64,000 bases of DNA from an uncultured delta proteobacterium (GTDB lineage Bacteria > Myxococcota_A > UBA9160 > SZUA-336). Below the pieces are notes generated by a model that did no database searches, was not told the DNA's origin, and saw nothing but the letters and a program-made list of their open reading frames with translations. Below, piece after piece: positions 47,071-54,828 of the stretch. The stretch spans positions 100,574 to 164,573 of the forward strand of contig CAVPRM010000002.1 of NCBI GenBank assembly GCA_963707945.1, read 5' to 3'. A program made the position numbers and the translations under genes. The number at the start of each line of letters is the position of its first letter. Position 1 is the first letter of the stretch.

Positions 47071-48027
47071 ATGGCCATGGACCGAAACCTCGCGCTAGAA
47101 CTCGTGCGCGCGACGGAAGCCGCCGCGCTCGCCTGTGCTCACCTGATGGGGCGCGGCGACGAGACCGCCGCGGACCAGGCCGCGGTCGACGCCATGCGCA
47201 CGGCGCTCAACAAGATCGAGATGGACGGCACGATCGTGATCGGCGAGGGCGAGCGCGACGAGGCGCCCATGCTCTACATCGGCGAGAAGGTGGGCACGGG
47301 CATCGGGCCGAAGATCGAGATCGCGCTCGACCCGCTCGAGGGCACCACGATCTGCGCGACCGGCGGTCAGAACTCGCTCTCCGTGATCGCGGCGGCGGAG
47401 GAGGGCGGCTTCCTGCACGCGCCCGACACCTACATGGAGAAGATCGCGGTGGGCCCGACGGCGCGAGGCGCGATCGACATCGACAAGAGCCCGACCCAGA
47501 ACCTGAAGAGCATCTCGAAGGCGATGGGCGTGCCGGTGACGGACCTGACGGTCGTCATCCTCGACCGGCCGCGCCACGAGAAGCTGATCGAGGAGGTGCG
47601 CAAGGCGGGCGCCCGCATCCGGCTGATCAAGGACGGCGACGTCTCGGCGGCGATCGCGACGTGCAGCCGCGAGCATCAGGTGGACGTGTTGATGGGAACT
47701 GGCGGCGCGCCCGAGGGCGTGATCGCCGCGGCCGCGCTGCGCTGCCAGGGCGGCGACATCCAGGGCCGGCTGCGCCCGCGCAACCAGGGCGAGGCCGACC
47801 GCGCCCGCTCGATGGGCCTGAAGGACGTCAACGCGAAGCTCACGCTGGAGGAGCTCGCGCGCGGCGACGTCCTGTTCGCGGGCACCGGCGTCACGGAGGG
47901 CGATTTCCTGAAGGGAGTGCGCTTCCGCGCGGAGGGCGCGCTCACGCACTCCGTCGTCATGCGCAGTCACTCGATGACCACCCGCTGGATCGAGGCGCAG
48001 CACAACTTCCGCTTCAAGCCCCGCTAG
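47071..48027 (+). CDS. glpX: class II fructose-1,6-bisphosphatase
   Basis: 318 aa. LALELVRATEAAALACAHLMGRGD..., DGTIVIGEGERDEAPMLYIGEKVG, DPLEGTT, GTGGAPEGVIAAAALRC. Confidence 0.92.
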   Translation: MAMDRNLALELVRATEAAALACAHLMGRGDETAADQAAVDAMRTALNKIEMDGTIVIGEGERDEAPMLYIGEKVGTGIGPKIEIALDPLEGTTICATGGQNSLSVIAAAEEGGFLHAPDTYMEKIAVGPTARGAIDIDKSPTQNLKSISKAMGVPVTDLTVVILDRPRHEKLIEEVRKAGARIRLIKDGDVSAAIATCSREHQVDVLMGTGGAPEGVIAAAALRCQGGDIQGRLRPRNQGEADRARSMGLKDVNAKLTLEELARGDVLFAGTGVTEGDFLKGVRFRAEGALTHSVVMRSHSMTTRWIEAQHNFRFKPR

Positions 48028-48029
48028 CC

Positions 48030-48638
48030 GTGTTCACGGGAATCGTCGAGCGCGTCGCTCGGATCGCGCGGCTCGAAGCCGCGGGGGAGCGCCTCGAGCT
48101 CGAGGTGGAGGCGGGTGCGGAGATCGCACGCGAGGTCCGGATCGGCGACAGCGTGGCGCTGAACGGCTGCTGCCTGACGGTCGTCGCGGTGCGCGGCGAG
48201 AAGCTCGCGTTCCAGGCGGTGCCCGAGACGCTGCGCCGAACGTCGCTGGGCGCGCGGAAGGCGGGCGATGCGCTGAACCTGGAGCGCGCCATGCGCGCCG
48301 ACTCGCGCCTCGACGGCCACATCGTGCAGGGCCACGTCGACGGCACCGGCGCCGTGCGCGAGCTGCGCGCCGAGGGGGCCGACCAGCTGGTGCGCATCGA
48401 CGCTCCGCGCGACCTCGCGCTGCAGCTCGTGCCCAAGGGCTCGGTCGCCGTCGAAGGAGTCTCGCTGACGGTGGTCGAGCCCGACGAGCGCGGCTTCTGG
48501 GTGGCGCTGATCCCCCACACGCGCGCGGTCACGACGCTGGGCGCGCTGGCTCCGGGCCAGGCGGTCAACCTGGAGCTCGACGTCCTGGGCAAGTACGTGT
48601 GGAAGTACCTGGAACGCATCGGGCGCGTGAATGGTTGA
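48030..48638 (+). CDS. ribE: riboflavin synthase alpha subunit
   Basis: GTG 48030. FTGIVERVARI..., GDSVALNGCCLTVV, RLDGHIVQGHVDGTG, GSVAVEGVSLTVV (duplicated lumazine-binding repeats). Confidence 0.9.
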   Translation: MFTGIVERVARIARLEAAGERLELEVEAGAEIAREVRIGDSVALNGCCLTVVAVRGEKLAFQAVPETLRRTSLGARKAGDALNLERAMRADSRLDGHIVQGHVDGTGAVRELRAEGADQLVRIDAPRDLALQLVPKGSVAVEGVSLTVVEPDERGFWVALIPHTRAVTTLGALAPGQAVNLELDVLGKYVWKYLERIGRVNG

Positions 48639-48710
48639 CCCCCCGAAAGCGGGGTGAGACACTCGAAAGCGTCACCGGCGCTCGAGGAGTCCGATGGAGG
48701 CTCTCGTCTC

Positions 48711-48944
48711 ATGAAGGAACTGGTCGAGATGATCGTGAAGGCGCTGGTCGATCAGCCCGAAGCGGTGGAGATCACCGAAATCAAGGGCAACCACGCCCAC
48801 GTGATCGAGCTGAACGTCGCCAAGGAAGACCTGGGCAAGGTGATCGGGAAGGGTGGCGCGCACGCCTCCGCAATCCGCACCATCCTCGCTGCCGCCAGCG
48901 GCAAGGAGAACAAGCGGTACATCCTCGAGATCATCGAGCACTGA
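48711..48944 (+). CDS. small KH-domain RNA-binding protein (UPF0109/YlqC-like)
   Basis: ATG 48711 inside track ORF 48654..48944. MKELVEMIVKALVDQPEAVEITEIKGNHAHVIELNVAKEDLGKVIGKGGAHASAIRTIL (GxxG loop). Confidence 0.78.
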   Translation: MKELVEMIVKALVDQPEAVEITEIKGNHAHVIELNVAKEDLGKVIGKGGAHASAIRTILAAASGKENKRYILEIIEH

Positions 48945-48988
48945 TCGACGCCGAGCGCGGCACCGTCAGCGAGCGGGCGCTGCGCAGC

Positions 48989-50728
48989 GTGGAGGCGGTG
49001 CGGACCGACGGCGGCGTTTCCTGGCCGGTAGTTCCCGACGACGAACGCGCCCGCCGCGCCCTCTGGGTACAGCGCAGCGACTGGCTCGAGGCCCTGGAGC
49101 GACGCGAGAACGCGTATACCGCGGGCGAACGCCTGTGGCGCTGCAGCGAGCAGTGGATCCAGGCGCTGGCCGAGCTGGCCCAGGATCCCAGCGTCCTGCT
49201 GGCGGAGCTGCTGCTCTGGGTGCGGCTCATGGACCGGCACTCCACCGTGACGGTCGGCCGCATCGGCGACGATACCGAGCTGGTCTGGTCGAACGTGCCC
49301 GGCTTTCCGCCAGACGCGTTCGAATGCGAGTTCCGGCTCGGTGCGCTCCGCTCCCTGTTCGCGTGCTGCGCGGGCGGCGAGGAGGTCGCGGTCGCACACG
49401 TCGAGTGCGCGGCGCGCGGCGGCGACCGCTGCCGCTTCGAAGTGCTCGACTGGATCCCGGTTCGCGATCGCAGACACGAGCGCATGTTGCGAGAGGCAAG
49501 CCTCCTCGCCGCCGACCTCGAAGGCCGCGAGTCGGAGCGGCGCCGCTTGTGGGAGATGGCGGCGCGCACCGGTCCGCTTCCCGACGTGCGCGAGCTGCAC
49601 GGGGTGCGGCGCTTCATCGAGGAGCTCGAGGACATCATCCTGGTGCTCGACCGCGACCTCTACGTGCTCGACGCGAACCAGGCGGCGCTGCGTTTCGCGG
49701 GCATGTCGCTCTCGGAGCTGCAGGGCAGCTACGCCGGCGATCTCCTGGTCGAGTCGTCGCTCGCCTCGGTGCGCGAGAGCCTGCCGCGGCTCTACGAGAT
49801 GAGCGCGCTGCGCGGTCTGCAGCTGGAGATCCGCACCCGCCGCGGGCCGGCCACGATCGAGGTGTCCGCGCGCGTGGCCGCGAGCGGCCAGTCGATCGTG
49901 TGCGTGGCGCGCGACATCACCGGGCGGCTCGTGCTCGAGCGCGAGCTGGCCCGCCGCAACGAGCAGCTGCGCGCCCAGAACGAGAAGATCGCGGACGCGG
50001 ACCGGCTGAAGTCCGAGTTCCTGGCGAACGTGAGCCACGAGCTCACCACTCCGCTGACCTCCATCAAGGGCTTCGCCAAGCTGCTGCGCGCGGACGTGGC
50101 GGCGGAGTTCGCGGGCGGCGCACGCCTGGGGGCCGAGCAGCGGGTCGAGTTCCTCGGGCTGGTCGAGCGCGAGGCCGTGCGGATGAGCGAGATGATCCAC
50201 GGCCTGCTCGAGCTCTCGAACCTCGAGGCGGGCGGCGTCGCGCTCGCGGTGAAGCCGGTCGCGCTCAATGCCATCGTGGACGAGTGCCTGCAGATCCTGA
50301 AGCCCCGGCTCGACGAGGCCGGACTCGAGATCGAGGTCGCGCTCGATCCCGAGCTCCCGCAGGTTTCGGTCGACCCCGACCGCATCAAGCAGGTGGTGCT
50401 CAACCTGCTCGAGAACGCCGCCAAGTTCAGCGCGCGCGGCGCGCGGATCGGCGTGCGCACCCGGCGCGCGCCCGAGTCCGACCCCGCCGAAGCTGCCGTC
50501 GAGTTGCGCGTCGCCAACCCGTCCAAGGAGCTCGAGCCGAACGACCTCGAGCGGATCTTCGCGCGCTTCGTCCAGCGCGACGGTTCGTACTCGCGCAAGT
50601 ACGGCGGAGTCGGGCTGGGCCTCAACCTGGTCCGCGCCATCGTCGACCTGCACGGCGGCCGGGTCTGGGCCGAGCTTCCCGAGCCCGGACGCGTGGAGTT
50701 CATCGCGCGGTTGCCGGTCGCTGATTGA
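48989..50728 (+). CDS. sensor histidine kinase with V4R-like N-terminal domain and PAS domain (start uncertain: GTG 48989/48998)
   Basis: Track ORF 48599..50728 overlaps the KH gene out of frame upstream. The real part reads ...CEFRLGALRSLFACCAGGEEVAVAHVECAARGGDRCRFEV (V4R-like Cys pattern), PAS-like LVLDRDLYVLDANQAALRFAGMS, H-box DRLKSEFLANVSHELTTPL, N/G boxes NLLENAAKFS...GGVGLGLNLV. Confidence 0.8.
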   Translation: MEAVRTDGGVSWPVVPDDERARRALWVQRSDWLEALERRENAYTAGERLWRCSEQWIQALAELAQDPSVLLAELLLWVRLMDRHSTVTVGRIGDDTELVWSNVPGFPPDAFECEFRLGALRSLFACCAGGEEVAVAHVECAARGGDRCRFEVLDWIPVRDRRHERMLREASLLAADLEGRESERRRLWEMAARTGPLPDVRELHGVRRFIEELEDIILVLDRDLYVLDANQAALRFAGMSLSELQGSYAGDLLVESSLASVRESLPRLYEMSALRGLQLEIRTRRGPATIEVSARVAASGQSIVCVARDITGRLVLERELARRNEQLRAQNEKIADADRLKSEFLANVSHELTTPLTSIKGFAKLLRADVAAEFAGGARLGAEQRVEFLGLVEREAVRMSEMIHGLLELSNLEAGGVALAVKPVALNAIVDECLQILKPRLDEAGLEIEVALDPELPQVSVDPDRIKQVVLNLLENAAKFSARGARIGVRTRRAPESDPAEAAVELRVANPSKELEPNDLERIFARFVQRDGSYSRKYGGVGLGLNLVRAIVDLHGGRVWAELPEPGRVEFIARLPVAD

Positions 50729-50807
50729 GCGGCAGAAGGGGATCGACCCCACTTATCCCTGGCGAACTTCGGCCGATAAGGGCCCGCGAGGGGATGGAAG
50801 GGAGTCG

Positions 50808-51311
50808 ATGGCAACTTCTCAGCAACCCAACGGCGAGTTCACGCCCGAGGAGCACCACCGCCGAGGGCTGGCGCTGCTCGAGGCTGGCCACGGTCACGAG
50901 GGCTTCGAGCACCTGAGCCGCGCCTATCTGATCGATCCTCAGAACGCGCGCTTCCGGTCCTCGTACGCGCTCGCGCTCGCTCTCGTGCGAGGGCAATTCC
51001 TGGGCGCGGTGGAGCTCGCTCGCGCCGCGGTCCGCCAGGAGTTCTACAACCCGGATCTGTACCTGAACCTGGCGCGGATCTATCTCGCGTTCGACTTCAA
51101 AGCCGACGCGATCCGGTTCCTGCGCCGCGGATTGATGGTCGATCCCGAGAACGTCGCGGTGCAGCGACGCCTCGCGGAGCTCGGCATCCGACGCCGGCCT
51201 CCGATCCGCTTCCTGCCTCGCAACCATGCGATCAACCGATTCCTCGGTCGCATGCAGGCGCGCGTTCTAGGACGCGCGGCGTGGGTTGCGGCGCGCGTAC
51301 AGGGCGCTTGA
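50808..51311 (+). CDS. TPR-like repeat protein, function unknown
   Basis: 167 aa. Helical repeat pattern (GLALLEAGHGHEGFEHLSRAYLIDPQNA..., YLNLARIYLAFDFKADAIRFLRRGLMVDPEN). SD GGAAGGGAG upstream. Confidence 0.55.
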   Translation: MATSQQPNGEFTPEEHHRRGLALLEAGHGHEGFEHLSRAYLIDPQNARFRSSYALALALVRGQFLGAVELARAAVRQEFYNPDLYLNLARIYLAFDFKADAIRFLRRGLMVDPENVAVQRRLAELGIRRRPPIRFLPRNHAINRFLGRMQARVLGRAAWVAARVQGA

Positions 51312-51335
51312 CACAGAACTGCACACGGATAACTT
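51308..51335 (+). promoter_or_regulatory. putative sigma70-type promoter for the bS22-like micro-ORF
   Basis: Perfect -35 TTGACA (51308-51313, overlapping the upstream stop), 16-nt spacer, -10 TAACTT (51330-51335). About 35 nt upstream of GTG 51370. Confidence 0.45.
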
Positions 51336-51369
51336 CGGCCGCCACTCGACTGTGGAGGCCGGAGTTTCC

Positions 51370-51465
51370 GTGGGCAGCGTGATCAAGAAGCGGCGCAAGA
51401 AGATGCGCAAGCACAAGTACAAGAAGCTTCGCGCGCGCAATCGCCACAAGCGGAACAAGCGCTAG
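51370..51465 (+). CDS. 31-aa highly basic protein resembling ribosomal protein bS22 (not in ORF track)
   Basis: GTG 51370 with SD GGAG 5 nt upstream. VGSVIKKRRKKMRKHKYKKLRARNRHKRNKR, stop TAG 51463-51465. The GSVIKKRRK-M-K-K--KL opening matches the actinobacterial bS22 family as I recall it. Followed by a textbook terminator. Confidence 0.75.
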   Translation: MGSVIKKRRKKMRKHKYKKLRARNRHKRNKR

Positions 51466-51504
51466 TCGCCGCGCCGAGCGACACCAAACGCATCCGCCTC
51501 CGAC

Positions 51505-51536
51505 ACGCACCGATGTTCCATCGGTGCGTTTTTTTT
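51505..51536 (+). terminator. rho-independent terminator
   Basis: Perfect 11-bp stem ACGCACCGATG / CATCGGTGCGT, 3-nt loop TTC, then a run of eight T (51529-51536). Confidence 0.9.
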
Positions 51537-51546
51537 GCTGCATCCG

Positions 51547-51576
51547 TTGACACGTTTACGCACCACGGCTTACTGT
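51547..51576 (+). promoter_or_regulatory. putative sigma70-type promoter driving a ~170-nt leader and the 37-aa basic ORF
   Basis: Perfect -35 TTGACA (51547-51552), 18-nt spacer, -10 TACTGT (51571-51576). Sits immediately downstream of the terminator. Confidence 0.45.
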
Positions 51577-51753
51577 GTGCGCAACGATGTCGGGAACCCA
51601 TCGTAGTTGTGTCAAGTGGAGGACGTCTCGTCCGATACGAAACGCAATCGAGGTCCGACTCGGCGCGTGTGACAGCGTAGAAAGAGATGCGCGACGCGAC
51701 ATCTCGAAGCGTTCGAACACGGTGAACCAAAACGCTAACTGGGGGTGAGAGTA

Positions 51754-51867
51754 ATGGCAGCTCGGAAGAAGGCCGCGAGCAAGAAGGCGACGCGGCGCAA
51801 GAAGGGTGGTCGCAAGAAGGGCACCCGGAAGCGGAAGAAGGGGACGCGGCGCAAGAAGTCCATGTAG
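51754..51867 (+). CDS. 37-aa Lys/Arg-rich hypothetical protein (not in ORF track)
   Basis: ATG 51754 with SD GGGGGTGAG 5 nt upstream. MAARKKAASKKATRRKKGGRKKGTRKRKKGTRRKKSM, stop TAG 51865-51867. Codons mostly G/C-ending, like bona fide genes here. Followed by a 15-bp hairpin. Confidence 0.6.
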   Translation: MAARKKAASKKATRRKKGGRKKGTRKRKKGTRRKKSM

Positions 51868-51892
51868 GACCGCCGCTAACCTGATTCGATAG

Positions 51893-51925
51893 GAGGCCCT
51901 CGTCGCGCAGCGCGACGGGGGCCTC
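51893..51925 (+). terminator. strong GC hairpin, possible terminator of the 37-aa ORF
   Basis: 15-bp stem GAGGCCCTCGTCGCG / CGCGACGGGGGCCTC (one G-U pair), loop CAG. Only a weak U tract follows (AGUCUUAU). Confidence 0.5.
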
Positions 51926-51936
51926 AGTCTTATGGG

Positions 51937-51964
51937 CTTCGCTCGCCTGCGGCTCGCTGCGCGC
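51937..51964 (-). repeat. 28-nt dispersed repeat, copy B (inverted relative to copy A)
   Basis: CTTCGCTCGCCTGCGGCTCGCTGCGCGC is the exact reverse complement of 32696..32723. Embedded in a CTCGCT-rich intergenic stretch (51937-52010) upstream of rpoZ. Confidence 0.9.
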
Positions 51965-52080
51965 TCCTTCGTCGCTTGCGACCTCGCTCGGGACGGCCCT
52001 CGCTCGGCCTCGCACTGTCGGGCGCATTGCTTGGGAAGAGGGGGAAGGGTAGTCTCCGCCCCGTCTTAGGAGGTCTCGGA

Positions 52081-52287
52081 ATGGCGCGGATTACGATCGA
52101 GGACTGCACGGAGCGGGTGGGCAACCGCTTTGCGCTGGTGCTCATGGTCTCGGTGCGCACGAAGCAGCTGATGCGGGGCGCCAAGGCGCTCGTGAAGACG
52201 GGCGAGAACAAGTCCGTGGTCAACGCGCTTCGCGAAGTCGCCGCCGGCCACATCGCCCCCGACATCGACCCGGCCGAGCTTCACTAG
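52081..52287 (+). CDS. rpoZ: DNA-directed RNA polymerase subunit omega
   Basis: ATG 52081 with SD AGGAGG (52067-52072). MARITIEDCTERVGNRFALVLMVSVRTKQLMRGAKALV...NKSVVNALREVAAGHI. Confidence 0.9.
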   Translation: MARITIEDCTERVGNRFALVLMVSVRTKQLMRGAKALVKTGENKSVVNALREVAAGHIAPDIDPAELH

Positions 52288-52322
52288 CTGCGCCTCGCCG
52301 GCGCCCCACCTGAGCTCGACAG

Positions 52323-53573
52323 CTAGGTGATCGTCACCGGAAGGGTGAACGAGAAGCGCGAGCCCTGGCCGATCTCGCTCTGAACCGAGAGCGCGCCGCC
52401 GAGCTTCTCGATCAGGGCGCGCGCCAGGGTCAGGCCGAGGCCGGCGCCGCGGTGGCGGCTGTCGGCAGACGAGTCGACGCGGAAGAACTCGTCGAAGATC
52501 TGCTCCTGGTCGTCCGGGGCGATCCCGATGCCGGTGTCGGTCACGCTGCAGAAGAGCTGGCCGTCCTCGAGCGAGAGCTCCAGCTCGATCCGTCCCCGGC
52601 GCGTGAACTTCGCCGCGTTGTCGAGCAGGTGGAAGAGGATCTGGTTCAGCTTCGCCAGGTCCGTGCGGATCTTCGGCAGAGTAGACGGCAGGCGCTTCTC
52701 GAGCATGACGTCGGGCTGCAGCGTGTCGCGCACGTTGAAGATGGCTTCCTCGACCACCTCGGCGAGGTTCACGTCCTGGACCTCGACCGAGACCTCCCCC
52801 TGCTTCACGCGCCAGAGGTCGAGGATGTTCTGCAGCATGCGCATCAGCGCGTTGCCGTCGTCGAGCACGCCGCGCAGCGAGTCGCGGCCCGTCGACGACA
52901 TGTTCTCGTGCTCGTTGGCCAGCACCGAGATGACGCGCTCGATGATGCTGTTGAGCGGCGCGCGCAGCTCGTAGGACATGGTCTCGATCAGGTCCGCCTT
53001 GAGCCGCTCCACGACGACCAGCCGCTCTTCGCGCTTGATCAGCTCGATGTCCTGCGCGAGCAGCTGCTCGGACAGGCGCAGGACCTCGTCGGACGGCTCG
53101 GTGCTGGCCTTCGCCGGGACGCCCGGCGCCGGCGCAGCCGAGGACACCGCGTGGTGGTCGAGCACCAGCGCGATCTGGCGCAGGATCGACTCGACCCCCG
53201 CGTTCTGCACGCGCGGCCAGGGCCCGGGACAGCCGAGCAGCGCGACGCCGCGCACCTGGCCGTTCTGGCGGATCGGGAAGCCGTACACGCCGCCGGCGCC
53301 GCGCGACCAGATGCGCGGGGCACCTTCGGGCGCGTCGACCCGGATCGGGCGCTCCGAGCCCTCGGCCTCGCGCACGAAGTCGTCGAGCTCGGAGCCCGCG
53401 ATCTGCGCGTCCTTGGCGCAGGTGAAGCCGGCCCAGCCGTCCGGCTCGGCCGAGGCGCGGCCGGCCTGGTAGACGAGCGCGAAGCCTTGCAGCGCGGCGG
53501 CCAGGTGGCGCGCGCCCGCCGCTAGCGCGGAGCCGAGGGTTTCGGGCGAGGTGTAGAGAGCCAGGATCTCCAT
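52323..53573 (-). CDS. GAF-domain histidine-kinase homologue with Tyr in place of the phospho-acceptor His (DivL-like pseudo-HK)
   Basis: ATG 53573 within track ORF 52323..54251. N-terminal GAF-like region. The H-box reads [14 protein letters not shown] (Tyr201, codon TAC at 52973-52971). ATP-binding N, G1, F and G2 boxes are intact ([31 protein letters not shown]). Confidence 0.8.
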   Translation of the reverse strand: MEILALYTSPETLGSALAAGARHLAAALQGFALVYQAGRASAEPDGWAGFTCAKDAQIAGSELDDFVREAEGSERPIRVDAPEGAPRIWSRGAGGVYGFPIRQNGQVRGVALLGCPGPWPRVQNAGVESILRQIALVLDHHAVSSAAPAPGVPAKASTEPSDEVLRLSEQLLAQDIELIKREERLVVVERLKADLIETMSYELRAPLNSIIERVISVLANEHENMSSTGRDSLRGVLDDGNALMRMLQNILDLWRVKQGEVSVEVQDVNLAEVVEEAIFNVRDTLQPDVMLEKRLPSTLPKIRTDLAKLNQILFHLLDNAAKFTRRGRIELELSLEDGQLFCSVTDTGIGIAPDDQEQIFDEFFRVDSSADSRHRGAGLGLTLARALIEKLGGALSVQSEIGQGSRFSFTLPVTIT

Positions 53574-53578
53574 CGGCG

Positions 53579-54715
53579 CTAGAACCGGCTCTCGTCGGAC
53601 GAGCTCGACGTCGACCCGCCGTCGTTCGTGTACGAGCTGTCGCCCTCGAGCGCCAGCTTGGTCGCGAAGTCGCGCGGGTTCGTGGCCGCGTCGCGCGCGG
53701 TCTCGAGCTTGATCTTGTTGGCCTGGTACAGCTCGAGCAGATGCTGATCGAAGGTCTGCATCTGCATGTCGGAGTGGCCCTTCTCGACGTGATCGCGGAT
53801 CTCGACCGCGCGATTGGGATCGCGGATCGCCTCGCGGATCGAGCGGGTGGTGCGCAGTACCTCGACGGCCGGCACGCGCCCGGTGCCCTTCTTGTTGGGA
53901 AGGAGGCGCAGCGAGACGATCGCCTGCAGGTTCTCGGCCAGCCGCTCGCGCACCTGCTGGTGTTCCTCGACCGGGAAGAACGAGACGACCCGGCGCAGCG
54001 TGGTGACGACGTCGTTGGTGTGGATCGACGAGAACACCGCGTGGCCCGTCTCGGCGGCCTTGAGCGCGGTGTCGACGGTCTCGGCGTCGCGGATCTCGCC
54101 GACCATGATCACGTCGGGGTCCTGGCGCAGGGCCGCGCGCAGCGCCGCGGGGAAGCTCGGGGTGTCGGTCGAGATCTCGCGCTGCGTGATGATCGAGCGC
54201 TCGTGGGTGAAGATGAACTCGACCGGGTCCTCGATCGTGACGATCTTGCACTTGTGCGCCCGGTTGATCTCCTGGAGCATCGTCGCGAGCGTCGTCGACT
54301 TGCCCATGCCGGTCGCGCCGGTCACGAGCACCAAGCCCCGCTGCACCGAGGCGATCGTGCGCAGCACCGAGGGCAGGTTCAGCTCCTCGAAGTTCTTGAT
54401 CGACAGCGGGATCACGCGCAGCACGATGTTGTACGCGCGGCGCTCCCGGGAGATGTTCACGCGGAAGCGGCCCTCGCCCGGGATCTCGTAGGCCAGGTCG
54501 ATCTCGGCCGCGTTCTCGAGCGACTTCTCCTTTTCGTTCTCCATGAGGAGTCGCGCGATGGCTTCGGTGTCCTCCATCGAGAGGACCTTGTACTTCAGCT
54601 CGACGAGCTCGCCGTTGAAGCGATAGAGCGGCAGGTACCCCACTTGGAAGTGGATGTCCGATGCGCCCTTCTCGAACCCGAGCCGAAGCAGCCGGTGAAG
54701 TCGCTCTTGATCCAT
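53579..54715 (-). CDS. pilT: PilT/PilU-family type IV pilus retraction ATPase with Ser-rich C-terminal tail
   Basis: ATG 54715 (the track ORF starts at GTG 54733). ASDIHFQVGYLPLYRFNG..., Walker A GATGMGKSTT, Walker B DPDVIMVGEIRD, His box TGHAVFSSIHTN. Tail: EGDSSYTNDGGSTSSSSDESRF. Confidence 0.88.
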   Translation of the reverse strand: MDQERLHRLLRLGFEKGASDIHFQVGYLPLYRFNGELVELKYKVLSMEDTEAIARLLMENEKEKSLENAAEIDLAYEIPGEGRFRVNISRERRAYNIVLRVIPLSIKNFEELNLPSVLRTIASVQRGLVLVTGATGMGKSTTLATMLQEINRAHKCKIVTIEDPVEFIFTHERSIITQREISTDTPSFPAALRAALRQDPDVIMVGEIRDAETVDTALKAAETGHAVFSSIHTNDVVTTLRRVVSFFPVEEHQQVRERLAENLQAIVSLRLLPNKKGTGRVPAVEVLRTTRSIREAIRDPNRAVEIRDHVEKGHSDMQMQTFDQHLLELYQANKIKLETARDAATNPRDFATKLALEGDSSYTNDGGSTSSSSDESRF

Positions 54716-54828
54716 GGTGAGTCCCGTGCGCACGCCCGCAGAGGAGCTGCGAGCCTTCTGTTCCTTCGGCGGCGCGCGGGCCGCTCTTGATGGGACCCCT
54801 CCACCGCCTGTCCTATACTCCGCTCCGG

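Noticed and set aside
51587-51748. 53-aa ORF (MSGTHRSCVKWRTSRPIRNAIEV...) starting 4 nt after the predicted TSS in the leader of the 37-aa gene. It could be a leaderless mRNA.
   Set aside because: Its codons are mostly A/T-ending (gga, cat, cgt, agt, tgt, ata, cga, gta, aga...), unlike every confident gene here. It has no SD and the protein text is not convincing. I treat it as non-coding leader.
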